In this document: positions 29,264 to 38,470 of the stretch, piece by piece
Numbering within the stretch: the stretch's first letter is position 1
Layout of the letters: each line of letters starts with the position of its first letter
DNA from: an uncultured Sulfolobales archaeon
Lineage (GTDB): Archaea > Thermoproteota > Thermoprotei_A > Sulfolobales > NBVN01
Direction: 5' to 3'
Assembly (NCBI GenBank): GCA_938017505.1
Contig: CALIKV010000027.1
Span: 4,521 to 68,520 of the forward strand
Length of the DNA: 64,000 bases
Program-made: the position numbers and the translations under genes
Notes under the pieces: generated by a model
What the model saw: only the letters and a program-made list of their open reading frames with translations
What the model was told of the DNA's origin: nothing
Database searches by the model: none

Positions 29264-30142
29264 TTACCTCGGGGCTCTGGAGGAACTGTAAACGGTTATC
29301 GCAACGCCGGACAACGCAAACATCATGCCCAGAACGGTTTCGACGTGTATTGGTTGCTTGAGCAGGACGGATGCCAACAGGGTAGCTCCAGGAGGCTCTC
29401 CTAGAGCTATAGATGTGACTACATAGGACTTCATGCGTTTTAGCAGGTAATTCATGGTTGTGTGTCCACCCAGCATAGGGATTAGAGCTAGCAGCAGTAT
29501 GTAAATCCAGGAGGACGTGGTTGTAGGCAACAGCGGGGTTTTCGTGAACAGGGAGTACAGTCCTATTGTTGCGGAGGCAGCGGCGTAAGCGGTCGTGGTG
29601 TAAGCGGTTAGAGAAGCACCTGTAGATCTGGATATCCTACCTAGGTGGAAGTAACCAGCAGCACATAAGGCGCCTACGGCAGCTAAGGTTATTCCAGCGC
29701 TTACGAGATGGGTTCCCGTTTGAGGTCTCGTGGCTATGAAGACCCCTACGAAAGCTAGGACAAGCCCAGCAACTTCACCTCCACGTATAACCCTGTAGTA
29801 CATGCCCTCAACTAGTGCGTTTATAAGGGGGTAGGTGACCACCACGGTCGTTGACAAAGCGACCGGTATCAGGAACAGAGACTCCATCCACACGAGGAAG
29901 TGAATGCCTAACAAGACGCCTGCTGTGAGTGCGGTGATGAGGGTCTTAAACCCCAGATCCTCGAAACCCCCGCGTCCTAACACGTGGTTAACTGTAGCAT
30001 AAGCGCCTATGATTAAAGTGGCGATGAAGACCCTCCAGAAAGCACAGACAATGGCGGTGCTCCCTGAAAGAAGGACTAAAACGGAGGATGAAGAAATGCT
30101 AACCCACGCGATAAGCATTAACGATGAGTACCGGAGACTCAA
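29264..30142 (-). CDS. EamA/DMT-superfamily transporter
   Basis: 292 aa, about 10 TM in two repeats. The N-terminus LMLIAWVSISSSSVLVLLSGSTAIVCAFWRVF recurs as a fragment at 53818-53970. Confidence 0.75.
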   Translation of the reverse strand: MSLRYSSLMLIAWVSISSSSVLVLLSGSTAIVCAFWRVFIATLIIGAYATVNHVLGRGGFEDLGFKTLITALTAGVLLGIHFLVWMESLFLIPVALSTTVVVTYPLINALVEGMYYRVIRGGEVAGLVLAFVGVFIATRPQTGTHLVSAGITLAAVGALCAAGYFHLGRISRSTGASLTAYTTTAYAAASATIGLYSLFTKTPLLPTTTSSWIYILLLALIPMLGGHTTMNYLLKRMKSYVVTSIALGEPPGATLLASVLLKQPIHVETVLGMMFALSGVAITVYSSSRAPR

Positions 30143-30636
30143 TTTTCAACATTCCTCTTGAGTTATAAGATGAGTGAAGAGGTTAAATAGCTCGAAGTCC
30201 TGTTCGAACTCTTATAGGTCAAACGAGTTTCCCGACAGAATCCTTATAGAGATAAAAATGTACGTGGTCGAGGAGCTGAAAAGCGAACAGGGAATAAGGT
30301 ATTAGTGTAACTTGCAACACTAGAAGCTTGAACGTTCTGACGAAATTTCTCACTCAACGCACGCACACAGGATCAAAACGTTTTTCCTTTTTAGAGACGC
30401 AGAAGTGTAGTAACTGTTAAAACTAGGTATTGTTCAAGGGTAAGTCTCTGCTGGAGCGCTTCGAATACGTTTGCGCAAAAGATAGGGCTAGCGGCTCGCC
30501 TTATAGGGTACGTGCGTCTTGGTGATGTGAAAGGTCAGCCATTCTCTTACCAACTCTCTCTACACATAAAAACATGCAAAAAGCCTTAGGCTGGTGAGAA
30601 AGCGCTATTTTCAGGTTAAAAAAGAGAGGTTTGGAA

Positions 30637-31554
30637 TTACAGGAGTAGGTCATTTTCGAACGAGTCGCTTATAGTGGGTGTTTGTGACGCAACATTGGGC
30701 ACATTGGCTTTGGCGTAGTCGAATGCCTCCTCAACGACGACGTCGAAGGGTTCTCCTAACGTTCCATCCTTGTCGTGGTCATATACATCTGCCTTGCCTT
30801 GAAGCATCCCTTCATTAACAAAGTAGTATGTGAATATCCCGTGTTGTAGGGTGCTACTCTCGTATGATACCCCAGACTCCGTGGAAGCCATGACTATGAC
30901 CCTTCCGCTCGCCTTTAGATCGGTCATGCCGCCCGCGTAGCAGCTGTCAAATATGAAGATGATCCTCGTGGTGTCGAAGTCGCCGAACATGGATGCCAAA
31001 TCCCCGTCCCAGATTACGGATTCAGTCGTGGATTCCCAGGGAACTATTCCCTCGTCGATCACTTCTTTGTCAGAGTCTGCCTTTATGCCGCGAGCGCCGT
31101 GGCCGCTATAGAAGAAGACAACCTCATCTCCGGCCACCTCATTGACCTTCAGCCAGTCGATCGCGTTGAGTATGTCTTTACGTGTTGCGTTGTTAACCTT
31201 GTAATCTGATATGAGCAATAGAATATGGTCTCGTTCATAACCGTAGACCTCAATTAAAGCCTCGAGCATGTCCAGCGCGTCGTCGTCAGCATATTGAATG
31301 TCGTTCTCCGTACCATCGTAGTCCGATATGCCTATAATCACCGCCCACTTGTGACCTGGGTCTGGAGGTGGAGTGCCGAGAACACCGGTTGCTGCCTGGA
31401 CTGCGGGCTTACCCTTGCCTTTAGATCCCTTAACAGTGATTTTAGGCGTTATCTCCACGTTTAGTGTTTTGCTGGGATTATCGTTGGCGTAAGCCAAACT
31501 CACCGGAACAACGCTCAGCAAAAGAGACGTTAACAGCAATAACCCGAGAAGCAC
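30637..31554 (-). CDS. secreted clan-CD (caspase/legumain-like) cysteine peptidase
   Basis: Signal peptide (LLLLTSLLLSVVPVSLAYA). His-Cys dyad contexts FFYSGHG and IFIFDSCYAGG. Confidence 0.7.
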   Translation of the reverse strand: MLLGLLLLTSLLLSVVPVSLAYANDNPSKTLNVEITPKITVKGSKGKGKPAVQAATGVLGTPPPDPGHKWAVIIGISDYDGTENDIQYADDDALDMLEALIEVYGYERDHILLLISDYKVNNATRKDILNAIDWLKVNEVAGDEVVFFYSGHGARGIKADSDKEVIDEGIVPWESTTESVIWDGDLASMFGDFDTTRIIFIFDSCYAGGMTDLKASGRVIVMASTESGVSYESSTLQHGIFTYYFVNEGMLQGKADVYDHDKDGTLGEPFDVVVEEAFDYAKANVPNVASQTPTISDSFENDLLL

Positions 31555-32181
31555 TGTCCTTTTCGTAGTTTCACTACAATGTTATTTGTGGTAAGCGAGC
31601 TTTTAAAGATTGTACTTTAAAAATTGAAGATACGAAATCTTTTTTATTTAGTGGGGAAGTTCCGTTATTCGCTAAGTTTCTGAGAGACGAACCACGGGCT
31701 TAAAGCTTCCAACAGTGTATGGGGGTAGGGTTTCAACGACCTCAAGGATGATGACTAGTGTAAGGGATCTCTGTATTATAGTGTTGGTGTCCCACTGCTC
31801 CGTCCGTTCCATCCATCTCATCTACATGTTTACCATTCCTTGAAGAACGTCTACATAGGCGTATAGCTCTTAACGGGAACTTTGGCGTATAGTCTCTCAG
31901 TCATGCAACTTGACAGTATGAGATTTTACACGTCTTCACATCCGTTATTCAGGAAGATTGGCGGTAAACCTTTGCTCCTACGGCCTTTTCTGCTGTTGCG
32001 TCTTTTTGAACTCTCGCATGTTTCCTTTAAACGCCAAGTAAACCAAGGCGGGGATTTCTATCCAAAGGATAGAGCCAGGTTTCCAATAACTAGGTTACTT
32101 AGTCCCATAGGTATAGGCGTCTTTATTTTACGGCTTCTCTTCAGCGAGGTCCTCGGGAAAGGGGCTACGTAGCCCAGAACC

Positions 32182-32829
32182 CTAGAGCTCGCTACGAATT
32201 AACTCGTTAAGGAGTTGGGCGAGCTCACTAGACTCCCTGGAGTACGAGGTGATCAGACCTTCCCTCAAAGCGAGGGTTAAAACCCCGAACTTGAGCGTAC
32301 GTAGGAACCTAGGATCATCCAGCCTCATAACCCCTAGTCTAGTGAACAAGGAGGTTAGGGCAAGAGTGTGTTTACATATAACGTATCTGCTCGATATGGG
32401 CGGGGTTCTCAAGTCACTTAGACCTACATCCAGGCTCCCGGCGATGTTCATCAGGTTCTTATCGGCTTTAGAGGAGGTCATTAACGCGTCATCGCAGGTG
32501 CACTTGATTCCGTAAGGCCCTACTTGAGTTATGTAGAATTCCCTTAAGTAGGTGGGGATCTCAACGACTCCAGACTTAGTCTTGACCGTTATAAGCTTCC
32601 TAGGTTCCTCGCCGCCGGCCGATATGAAGGCTATGCCGTGTTCGTCCTTGATCATTAGGGACTTGATCCTCTCACCGCTGAAGAGCTCCTGAGCGTTGCG
32701 GATTCTCTTACTTAAGACAGGTATCACGTCAGCTAATCCAGCCTCTTCAGCTATGTTGCGAAGCAGGCTCTCAAGCCTGTTCAGGCTCTCCCTCCACTCG
32801 TCTAAGGATATCTCGTCACTCTCGCTCAA
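32182..32829 (-). CDS. hypothetical protein with a SWIM-like CxC...CxH motif
   Basis: 215 aa. IKCTCDD ... VICKHTLA has a longer spacer (about 39 aa) than classical SWIM fingers. No other family signal. Confidence 0.4.
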   Translation of the reverse strand: MSESDEISLDEWRESLNRLESLLRNIAEEAGLADVIPVLSKRIRNAQELFSGERIKSLMIKDEHGIAFISAGGEEPRKLITVKTKSGVVEIPTYLREFYITQVGPYGIKCTCDDALMTSSKADKNLMNIAGSLDVGLSDLRTPPISSRYVICKHTLALTSLFTRLGVMRLDDPRFLRTLKFGVLTLALREGLITSYSRESSELAQLLNELIRSEL

Positions 32830-32881
32830 GAAACCACCTCTAAAGAAATATTACTTAGAAAGGTAATTTATCAAGGTAGTT

Positions 32882-33700
32882 GTGATCATGGGTTTCACCT
32901 CGACTTTGAGGAGGAAGACCTTAGGTAAGACGGGGGAGGCGATATCCGCCATAGCCCTCGGCACTTGGGGCATAAGGGATGAGGACAGGGCGTTCGCGAC
33001 CTTAGTTAAAGGGATTGAACTAGGTCTGGACGCAATAGACACTGCTGAGATGTACGGGTCTGGGAAGGCCGAGGAGTTAGTTGGAAGGGTGGTTAAGCAC
33101 GTCGGCAGGGAATCCGTCTTCCTGATAACTAAGATGCTGCCCGAGCACTTGAGGAGCAGGTATGAAGTGTTAAAGTACGGCAGGGCGTCGCTCAAGAGGT
33201 TGGGCGTTAGCGAGGTCGACCTCTATTTAATTCACTGGCCTCACGCGCTGCTCAGCGTATCCGAGCAGGTTAAGAACTTCGAGGTCCTTATGGATGAGGG
33301 CCTCACCAGGTACATAGGGGTTAGCAACTTCAGCGGGATGGAGTTAAGAGAAGCAATTAACTCCGCCAAGAAATCAGATATAGTCCTCAATCAAGTCCGC
33401 TACAGTGTCCTGAACAAAGGGGTTGAGGAGTCCTTGCTCCCCGTAGCTCGGGAATACCAAGTAACTGTCCAGGCGTATACACCGTTAGAGAGGGGTGGAG
33501 TTCTCAAACACCCTAAGCTTGTTGCGATCTCTTCAAAGCTGGGTAAGCCTGTGGTTCAGGTAGCGTTGAATTACCTCCTTCACGACCCATACGTATGTGC
33601 CGTAGTCAAGACCGAGGACTTAGGGCACTTGATGGAGATAGCTGGAACGTTTGAGTGGGCTCTATCTCCGAACGACATGGACGCGCTTAAGAGGATCTAA
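32882..33700 (+). CDS. aldo/keto reductase
   Basis: AKR motifs IDTAEMYG, LYLIHWP, IGVSNF. Start is GTG 32882 or ATG 32888. Confidence 0.85.
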   Translation: MIMGFTSTLRRKTLGKTGEAISAIALGTWGIRDEDRAFATLVKGIELGLDAIDTAEMYGSGKAEELVGRVVKHVGRESVFLITKMLPEHLRSRYEVLKYGRASLKRLGVSEVDLYLIHWPHALLSVSEQVKNFEVLMDEGLTRYIGVSNFSGMELREAINSAKKSDIVLNQVRYSVLNKGVEESLLPVAREYQVTVQAYTPLERGGVLKHPKLVAISSKLGKPVVQVALNYLLHDPYVCAVVKTEDLGHLMEIAGTFEWALSPNDMDALKRI

Positions 33701-33803
33701 AGCTTAACGTCCTCAGCATTCTGTGGGGCTTACAGGAATCCCCCACCTACACGCAAGGCAGGTATTTAAAGAGGACTTAGTTCTTGATTATTGGTGTGTA
33801 GTC

Positions 33804-34523
33804 ATGATAAAGCTAGTGATATTCGACGTGTGGAACACCCTACTGTCTTTAGACGGGATGCATGAATTACTCGCGTTGAGGCTGCACGGCGTTGTTAGGA
33901 ACAGGGCTCCAAACACTCTCCTAGAGGTGGTTAAGGCCGTTCACAACGAGGTTAAGTCATTGAGAATAGGCAACGAAGCCTCGCCTAGCGAGGTCTTAAG
34001 CGAATCAAGGAAGAGGCTTTGCAACAGACTAGGTATAACGCTAGGAGATTTCCAAGGGATTCACGACGACTTGCTCAGCGAAGCCAGTAGGGGTGGGTTG
34101 GAACATCTGGTCGTCGACGGTGCTAGAGAAGTGTTGAGCTTCGTCAAGGGATTAAACCTCAAGACAGCGGTTCTAGGTAACGTGCTCCTCTGGGACTCCA
34201 CCCTTACCGAGACCATCCTCAACGCATCAGGCCTAGGCAATTTTATAGATCGCTATTTCTTCTCCGACAGGCTCGGACATCAGAAACCCGAGTTCGAGGC
34301 CTTCATGAGCGTGGTGAGGTACTTCGGGTTGAAAGCTTATGAGGCTGTGCACGTTGGTGATAGCGTGCGTGAGGACTTCGGCGGCGCCTTAGTCGCCGGG
34401 CTTAGGGCGGTGTTGATAAGTGGGAGGCAGGACTGCGGCGTGATTAAATCGGAGGAATTCGCCATAATACCGGGTATAAAGCTCCTAATTCCCGTCGTCA
34501 GCGAGTGGTTCAGAACTAGGTAG
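33804..34523 (+). CDS. HAD-superfamily hydrolase
   Basis: Trimmed to ATG 33804 (MIKLVIFDVWNTL = HAD motif I). A TATA-like ATTTAAA at 33767-33773 fits a leaderless start. Late motif VGDSVREDFGG. Confidence 0.75.
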   Translation: MIKLVIFDVWNTLLSLDGMHELLALRLHGVVRNRAPNTLLEVVKAVHNEVKSLRIGNEASPSEVLSESRKRLCNRLGITLGDFQGIHDDLLSEASRGGLEHLVVDGAREVLSFVKGLNLKTAVLGNVLLWDSTLTETILNASGLGNFIDRYFFSDRLGHQKPEFEAFMSVVRYFGLKAYEAVHVGDSVREDFGGALVAGLRAVLISGRQDCGVIKSEEFAIIPGIKLLIPVVSEWFRTR

Positions 34524-34922
34524 TTCCTCCGGCGTCATTAACATAGACCTCACTAGCTTAATCCCCCTAAGCTTGATGATTCGGGTTAAGAGATCTTTAA
34601 CCCGTCTTGAATCCCCTCTCAGAGTCAGTATTAGCAAACAGTTTCTGCGGTCTACGTGTATGTGTAACGCGGATATGATCTCACTTAAATACTCGTGCTG
34701 GATGTCTGTGAGTTGCACGTCTATCTCATTAACCTCGTGATCGTATAAAATACCTACAGCCCCTATGATTAGGCCGCCAAACTCCCATCTATGTTCCGTT
34801 ATGAAGAGCCTTAGAGCCTCCCTAATAACCAGGGACTTGTTATCTATCCCTAAAGCCTTCATACAGCTTTTTAAGTCGTGCATTAACTCCTCAGGTATGT
34901 AAACCCCGAACTTCGAACCCAC
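34485..34922 (-). CDS. NikR-like regulator (ribbon-helix-helix plus metal-binding ACT-like domain)
   Basis: RHH N-terminus (FGVYIPEELMHDLKSCMKALGIDNKSLVIREALRLF). C-domain with YDHE, QHEY and HIHVD..NC His/Cys pattern. Lies 21 bp downstream of RuBisCO. Confidence 0.65.
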   Translation of the reverse strand: MGSKFGVYIPEELMHDLKSCMKALGIDNKSLVIREALRLFITEHRWEFGGLIIGAVGILYDHEVNEIDVQLTDIQHEYLSEIISALHIHVDRRNCLLILTLRGDSRRVKDLLTRIIKLRGIKLVRSMLMTPEELPSSEPLADDGN

Positions 34923-34943
34923 CTAGGGATCACCACCATCAAT

Positions 34944-36281
34944 TTAAGCAGGTCTCACGTAACCCCACTTCTCAAGCGCCTTCCTCAACTCAACGTGAGT
35001 CTCTGCGTAAGTATCTAGGGGTATTCCCTTCAGGCATGCCTCTATGGCCTGCCTTACAGCGGTAGCGCCCTCCCTAGGGCCTCCAGGATGGCCTAAAACA
35101 CCTCCACCTACCTGAATGACTAGGTTAACCCCCAGAGATTTGATTACCTCAGGTAATGTGCCTGGGTGGAGGCCGCCGGAGGAGACTGGGAGGGCTGTTT
35201 TTATGTGGTGCCAGCTCTGCTCAAACCTTAAGATATCACCCTCTTCAGGCATGTAAATCGAATCCCTCAAGACCCTACTTATGCTCATGACGTCTCTGGC
35301 TTTAGCCTCTAACTTACCTACCTCGGGGGTACCTACGTGCAACTGATCAACTCCTACAGTCCTTAGGAGCTTGGCCAGTGCAAACATGGAAAGTCCGTGT
35401 GTTTGACTCCTAGTGAAGGCTGCGTGAAACGCCCTGTGTGCATGTATGCCTAGCCCGTGCTCCTCCGCAAGATCCCTCATGTAAGTAAGGGAAGACCACC
35501 CAGCAACCACGACGTCTATCATGACGAATGGATTCCCATAGTCGGCAACCAGCTTAAGTCTCCTCACCATCTCCCTCGCCTCAGCTGTTACGTTAGCAAG
35601 CCATACTTTCCTCTCACCAGTTTCTCTCTCGGCCTTGTCTATAGCCTTCATAACCGCCTTAGCCCTCGCATCGAACCTACAGAAAGGTGGTGATGCAAGG
35701 TTCTCGTCATCCTTCACGAAGTCCATGCCTCCTGCAAGTATCTCGAAGGACAGTGCTTCAAGCTCCTCAGGAGAGTATCCTACTTTCGGCTTCGGGACGG
35801 TACCCACTATAGGTCTGTCGTAGGTCTTGTAGATCTCCCTCACGCCCTGTACGCCTTTAACCGGTCCTTTAAAGTGCTTCAGGAACTCCTTAGGCATGTA
35901 AATGTCCTCGATCCTGAGCCCCTTAACTCTCTTCATGCCGAATACGTTCCCGGCCACGGAAGCTAGGAACGCTGGCATGTTACCCTCCTCAAACAAGTCC
36001 ACGGGATAAGCCACCCTAACAAGCCACGAGCCATCCCTCATATCGATGAACTCATATGCTTTACTCATCAAACTCCAGACCCTTTCAGGCAGGGAAGACA
36101 ATGTAGTCCAGGTACCCACACTACTCTCAGAGGCTATGCCCCCAGCCACGTCCTCCAGGCTAAAACCCTCCGTCGGGGTGACCCTGAAGGATACGATGAC
36201 ATCCTTCTCGAGGTCAGGGACGTAATCCTTCTTAACGAAGACATTATACCACTCGAACCTCTCAGTCGTATAGAACACCAC
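34944..36281 (-). CDS. rbcL: ribulose-1,5-bisphosphate carboxylase/oxygenase large subunit, archaeal form III
   Basis: 445 aa with catalytic residues intact: PKPKVG, GGMDFVKDDENL, HAHRAFH, LHVGT..GKLE, SSGGLHPG, VGGGVLGHP. No small-subunit gene. TATA-like TTTATTAA (reverse complement of 36301-36308) about 23 nt upstream of GTG 36281. Confidence 0.9.
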   Translation of the reverse strand: MVFYTTERFEWYNVFVKKDYVPDLEKDVIVSFRVTPTEGFSLEDVAGGIASESSVGTWTTLSSLPERVWSLMSKAYEFIDMRDGSWLVRVAYPVDLFEEGNMPAFLASVAGNVFGMKRVKGLRIEDIYMPKEFLKHFKGPVKGVQGVREIYKTYDRPIVGTVPKPKVGYSPEELEALSFEILAGGMDFVKDDENLASPPFCRFDARAKAVMKAIDKAERETGERKVWLANVTAEAREMVRRLKLVADYGNPFVMIDVVVAGWSSLTYMRDLAEEHGLGIHAHRAFHAAFTRSQTHGLSMFALAKLLRTVGVDQLHVGTPEVGKLEAKARDVMSISRVLRDSIYMPEEGDILRFEQSWHHIKTALPVSSGGLHPGTLPEVIKSLGVNLVIQVGGGVLGHPGGPREGATAVRQAIEACLKGIPLDTYAETHVELRKALEKWGYVRPA

Positions 36282-36346
36282 TCAATACTAGCTTTAGGGA
36301 TTAATAAACCACGTTACCGCCTCAACCCAGAAACTAAGAAGCGGCA

Positions 36347-37516
36347 TCACTTAAACCTAACGAGGTCCTCTCTCCTGAATCTTGGGTGATGTATGTAGTC
36401 TATGGCAGAACCCCTAGCATCCTTAATGCGCATGTGTTGGATTAAATCCCTGAAAACCCCGCCAGCGAGCCCATCACCTATTAACGCATAGCCTTGCGCT
36501 GTCTCCTTGACCTCGCTGGTACCGGGAAGAGATCCCACAGCCGTTACGTTAATCCCCCTCAAAACCTCTGAAGCTCTACAGTCCCTGACCAACCTCTCTC
36601 TGATGACCTGATTCTTCGTTAACCTGCCTGAGTAGGCGACCTCCTTAGGAATACCAACACTATATGTTAAGGCGTGGATGGCCTTCAAAACCCCTTCGAT
36701 CATGGAGTTCAACGCGTTGAAACATTCGACTCTTAGGTGATAACATTCCACTAACTCTTCGGGAGTCGCACACCCTGACATATAGGAAGCTCCACCAGTA
36801 AATACGTCTCTCTTAGCCCAGCTCTTTATGAGTTGGACCACCTCTAAATCAGCGCAACCCATAGTCAGGAAGCCTGGACCGCCTATGGTTGTCCCCCCGA
36901 ACGCGTCGAGTATAACGCCTTCTCTAACCCCCACCACAGCGTTATACCCGAAACCTAACTCAGCTAGGATTAAGGAGGTTTCGTGGTAAGGGATCTTCCA
37001 CCTCAATGACTGAGTCAGTATTGCGAGGGCTGTGACAGCCAGTTTGTCGGCAGTACCTAAGTCAACGCGGTTAAGCTTCCTGAACTCAGGGACTGTAGGG
37101 AGGTTAATAATTCCCGGTATGAAGACTACTGGAAGGCGTCGTTTCTTAAACTCCTTCACCGCCTTAACCATAGCGTAATACACGTAGGAACCCACATCAC
37201 CCCTTGAGACCCCCTCTTCTATCTCCTCCCTGCTAGTTAAGAGCACGTACGTGTAGTACCACTTCTCGAAAACGTCGTCCGGGATCTCATCGATGTATGT
37301 TACCTCAACACCGTAACCAGAAGGACCGACGATTAGATCGTAGGGCGAGAGCCTCTCGACAGCTCTAACCAAGAGCTCGGGTCTCGAAGCAACGTCTACG
37401 GAGTTGAAGACCATCTCCTCTTTAACGCGCCCGTCTTCAAGCAGACATACATCCATGGACTTAGTGCCTGGATCTATGCCGATGACTCTCACTAACAGAC
37501 GCACCAAATATATCAC
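36347..37516 (-). CDS. ASKHA-fold (actin/Hsp70/sugar-kinase-like) protein, DUF1464-like
   Basis: N-terminal phosphate-1 type motif VIGIDPGTKSMDV. Family assignment is from memory. Start is ambiguous among GTG/TTG codons at 37516-37492. Confidence 0.55.
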   Translation of the reverse strand: MIYLVRLLVRVIGIDPGTKSMDVCLLEDGRVKEEMVFNSVDVASRPELLVRAVERLSPYDLIVGPSGYGVEVTYIDEIPDDVFEKWYYTYVLLTSREEIEEGVSRGDVGSYVYYAMVKAVKEFKKRRLPVVFIPGIINLPTVPEFRKLNRVDLGTADKLAVTALAILTQSLRWKIPYHETSLILAELGFGYNAVVGVREGVILDAFGGTTIGGPGFLTMGCADLEVVQLIKSWAKRDVFTGGASYMSGCATPEELVECYHLRVECFNALNSMIEGVLKAIHALTYSVGIPKEVAYSGRLTKNQVIRERLVRDCRASEVLRGINVTAVGSLPGTSEVKETAQGYALIGDGLAGGVFRDLIQHMRIKDARGSAIDYIHHPRFRREDLVRFK

Positions 37517-37607
37517 TTCACTCCCTCATAAATTTTAGGTTCGAAAGTCCTAACCCCTGCAGACCCGTATCCAATAAAACTTAATACCTGTTGCACACCT
37601 TTACATA

Positions 37608-38438
37608 GTGAGGTCGCTTACAGTGACGGACAAGCTGCTCATAGGCGTTATACACCTCCCTAGGTTACCTAGTACTCAGCACAAGGGCGGATTAGAGGTT
37701 GAGGATCTGATAGAGAATTCTATTAGGGAGTCTAAGTTGCTTGAAGAGCTCGGGTTCGGGAGCATTATCGTGGAGAACTTCGGCGATGCTCCTTATTTGA
37801 AAAGGGTTGGAGACCCGCTGACACTGGCAGCGATAACCACCATCACCAGAGAAGTTGTGAGATCCGTCAACGTTGATGTGGGGCTTAACGTGCTTAGGAA
37901 CTCAGGCCTTGAGGCTTACTCAGTAGCGGTCGTTACAGGAGCCAAGTTCATTAGGGTTAACTCGCTGAGCGAGGTACTGATTACAGACTCAGGAATTATA
38001 GAACCGGAGGCCTCCAGGTTAAGAAGTGCTAGGTTTAACTACCCTGGTATTAAGGTGTACGCTGACGTTGCGTGCAAGCACGGGGGCAGTTTAAGCTACC
38101 TGACCTACAAGGAGCAACGTCTAACCAACGAGGCAGGGAACCTCCTTAGAGAGCTCGTCCTTGACATCGTTGAGAGGGGCGGAGCGGACGCAGTTATAGT
38201 TACAGGACCTAGAACCGGGGTGGAGCCAACGGTGGACCACTTAGCAGTGGTGAAGGAGGTCGCACCTGTTCCTGTGATAGTTGGTAGTGGTGTGACTCCA
38301 GATAACATGGACAAGTTACTCAAGCATGCTGACGGAGTGATAGTGGGTTCCTACATAAGGGTGGAAGGTAAGGCTGGGAACCCAATCGATGTTGAAAGGG
38401 CTAGGTTATTCGTCAGGAAATTCAGGGAGCTTAAATAA
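37608..38438 (+). CDS. BtpA/SgcQ-family TIM-barrel protein
   Basis: LIGVIHLPRLPS, IIVENFGDAPY, NVLRN, FIRVN, KH, VTGPRTG and VGSGVT follow the BtpA family pattern. Confidence 0.75.
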   Translation: MRSLTVTDKLLIGVIHLPRLPSTQHKGGLEVEDLIENSIRESKLLEELGFGSIIVENFGDAPYLKRVGDPLTLAAITTITREVVRSVNVDVGLNVLRNSGLEAYSVAVVTGAKFIRVNSLSEVLITDSGIIEPEASRLRSARFNYPGIKVYADVACKHGGSLSYLTYKEQRLTNEAGNLLRELVLDIVERGGADAVIVTGPRTGVEPTVDHLAVVKEVAPVPVIVGSGVTPDNMDKLLKHADGVIVGSYIRVEGKAGNPIDVERARLFVRKFRELK

Positions 38439-38470
38439 ATTTGCTATGAGAAAATCTATTCAGGGGTTAT

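Noticed and set aside
31748-31754. ATGATGA resembling a C box of a C/D sRNA
   Set aside because: No CUGA D box appears within the expected 50-70 nt, and no terminal stem is present.
31882-32172. 96-aa plus-strand ORF in the long spacer upstream of the caspase-like gene
   Set aside because: It has a TTG start with no SD or TATA at a sensible distance and an odd Leu/Arg/Phe-rich composition. No motif is present. It is treated as non-coding.
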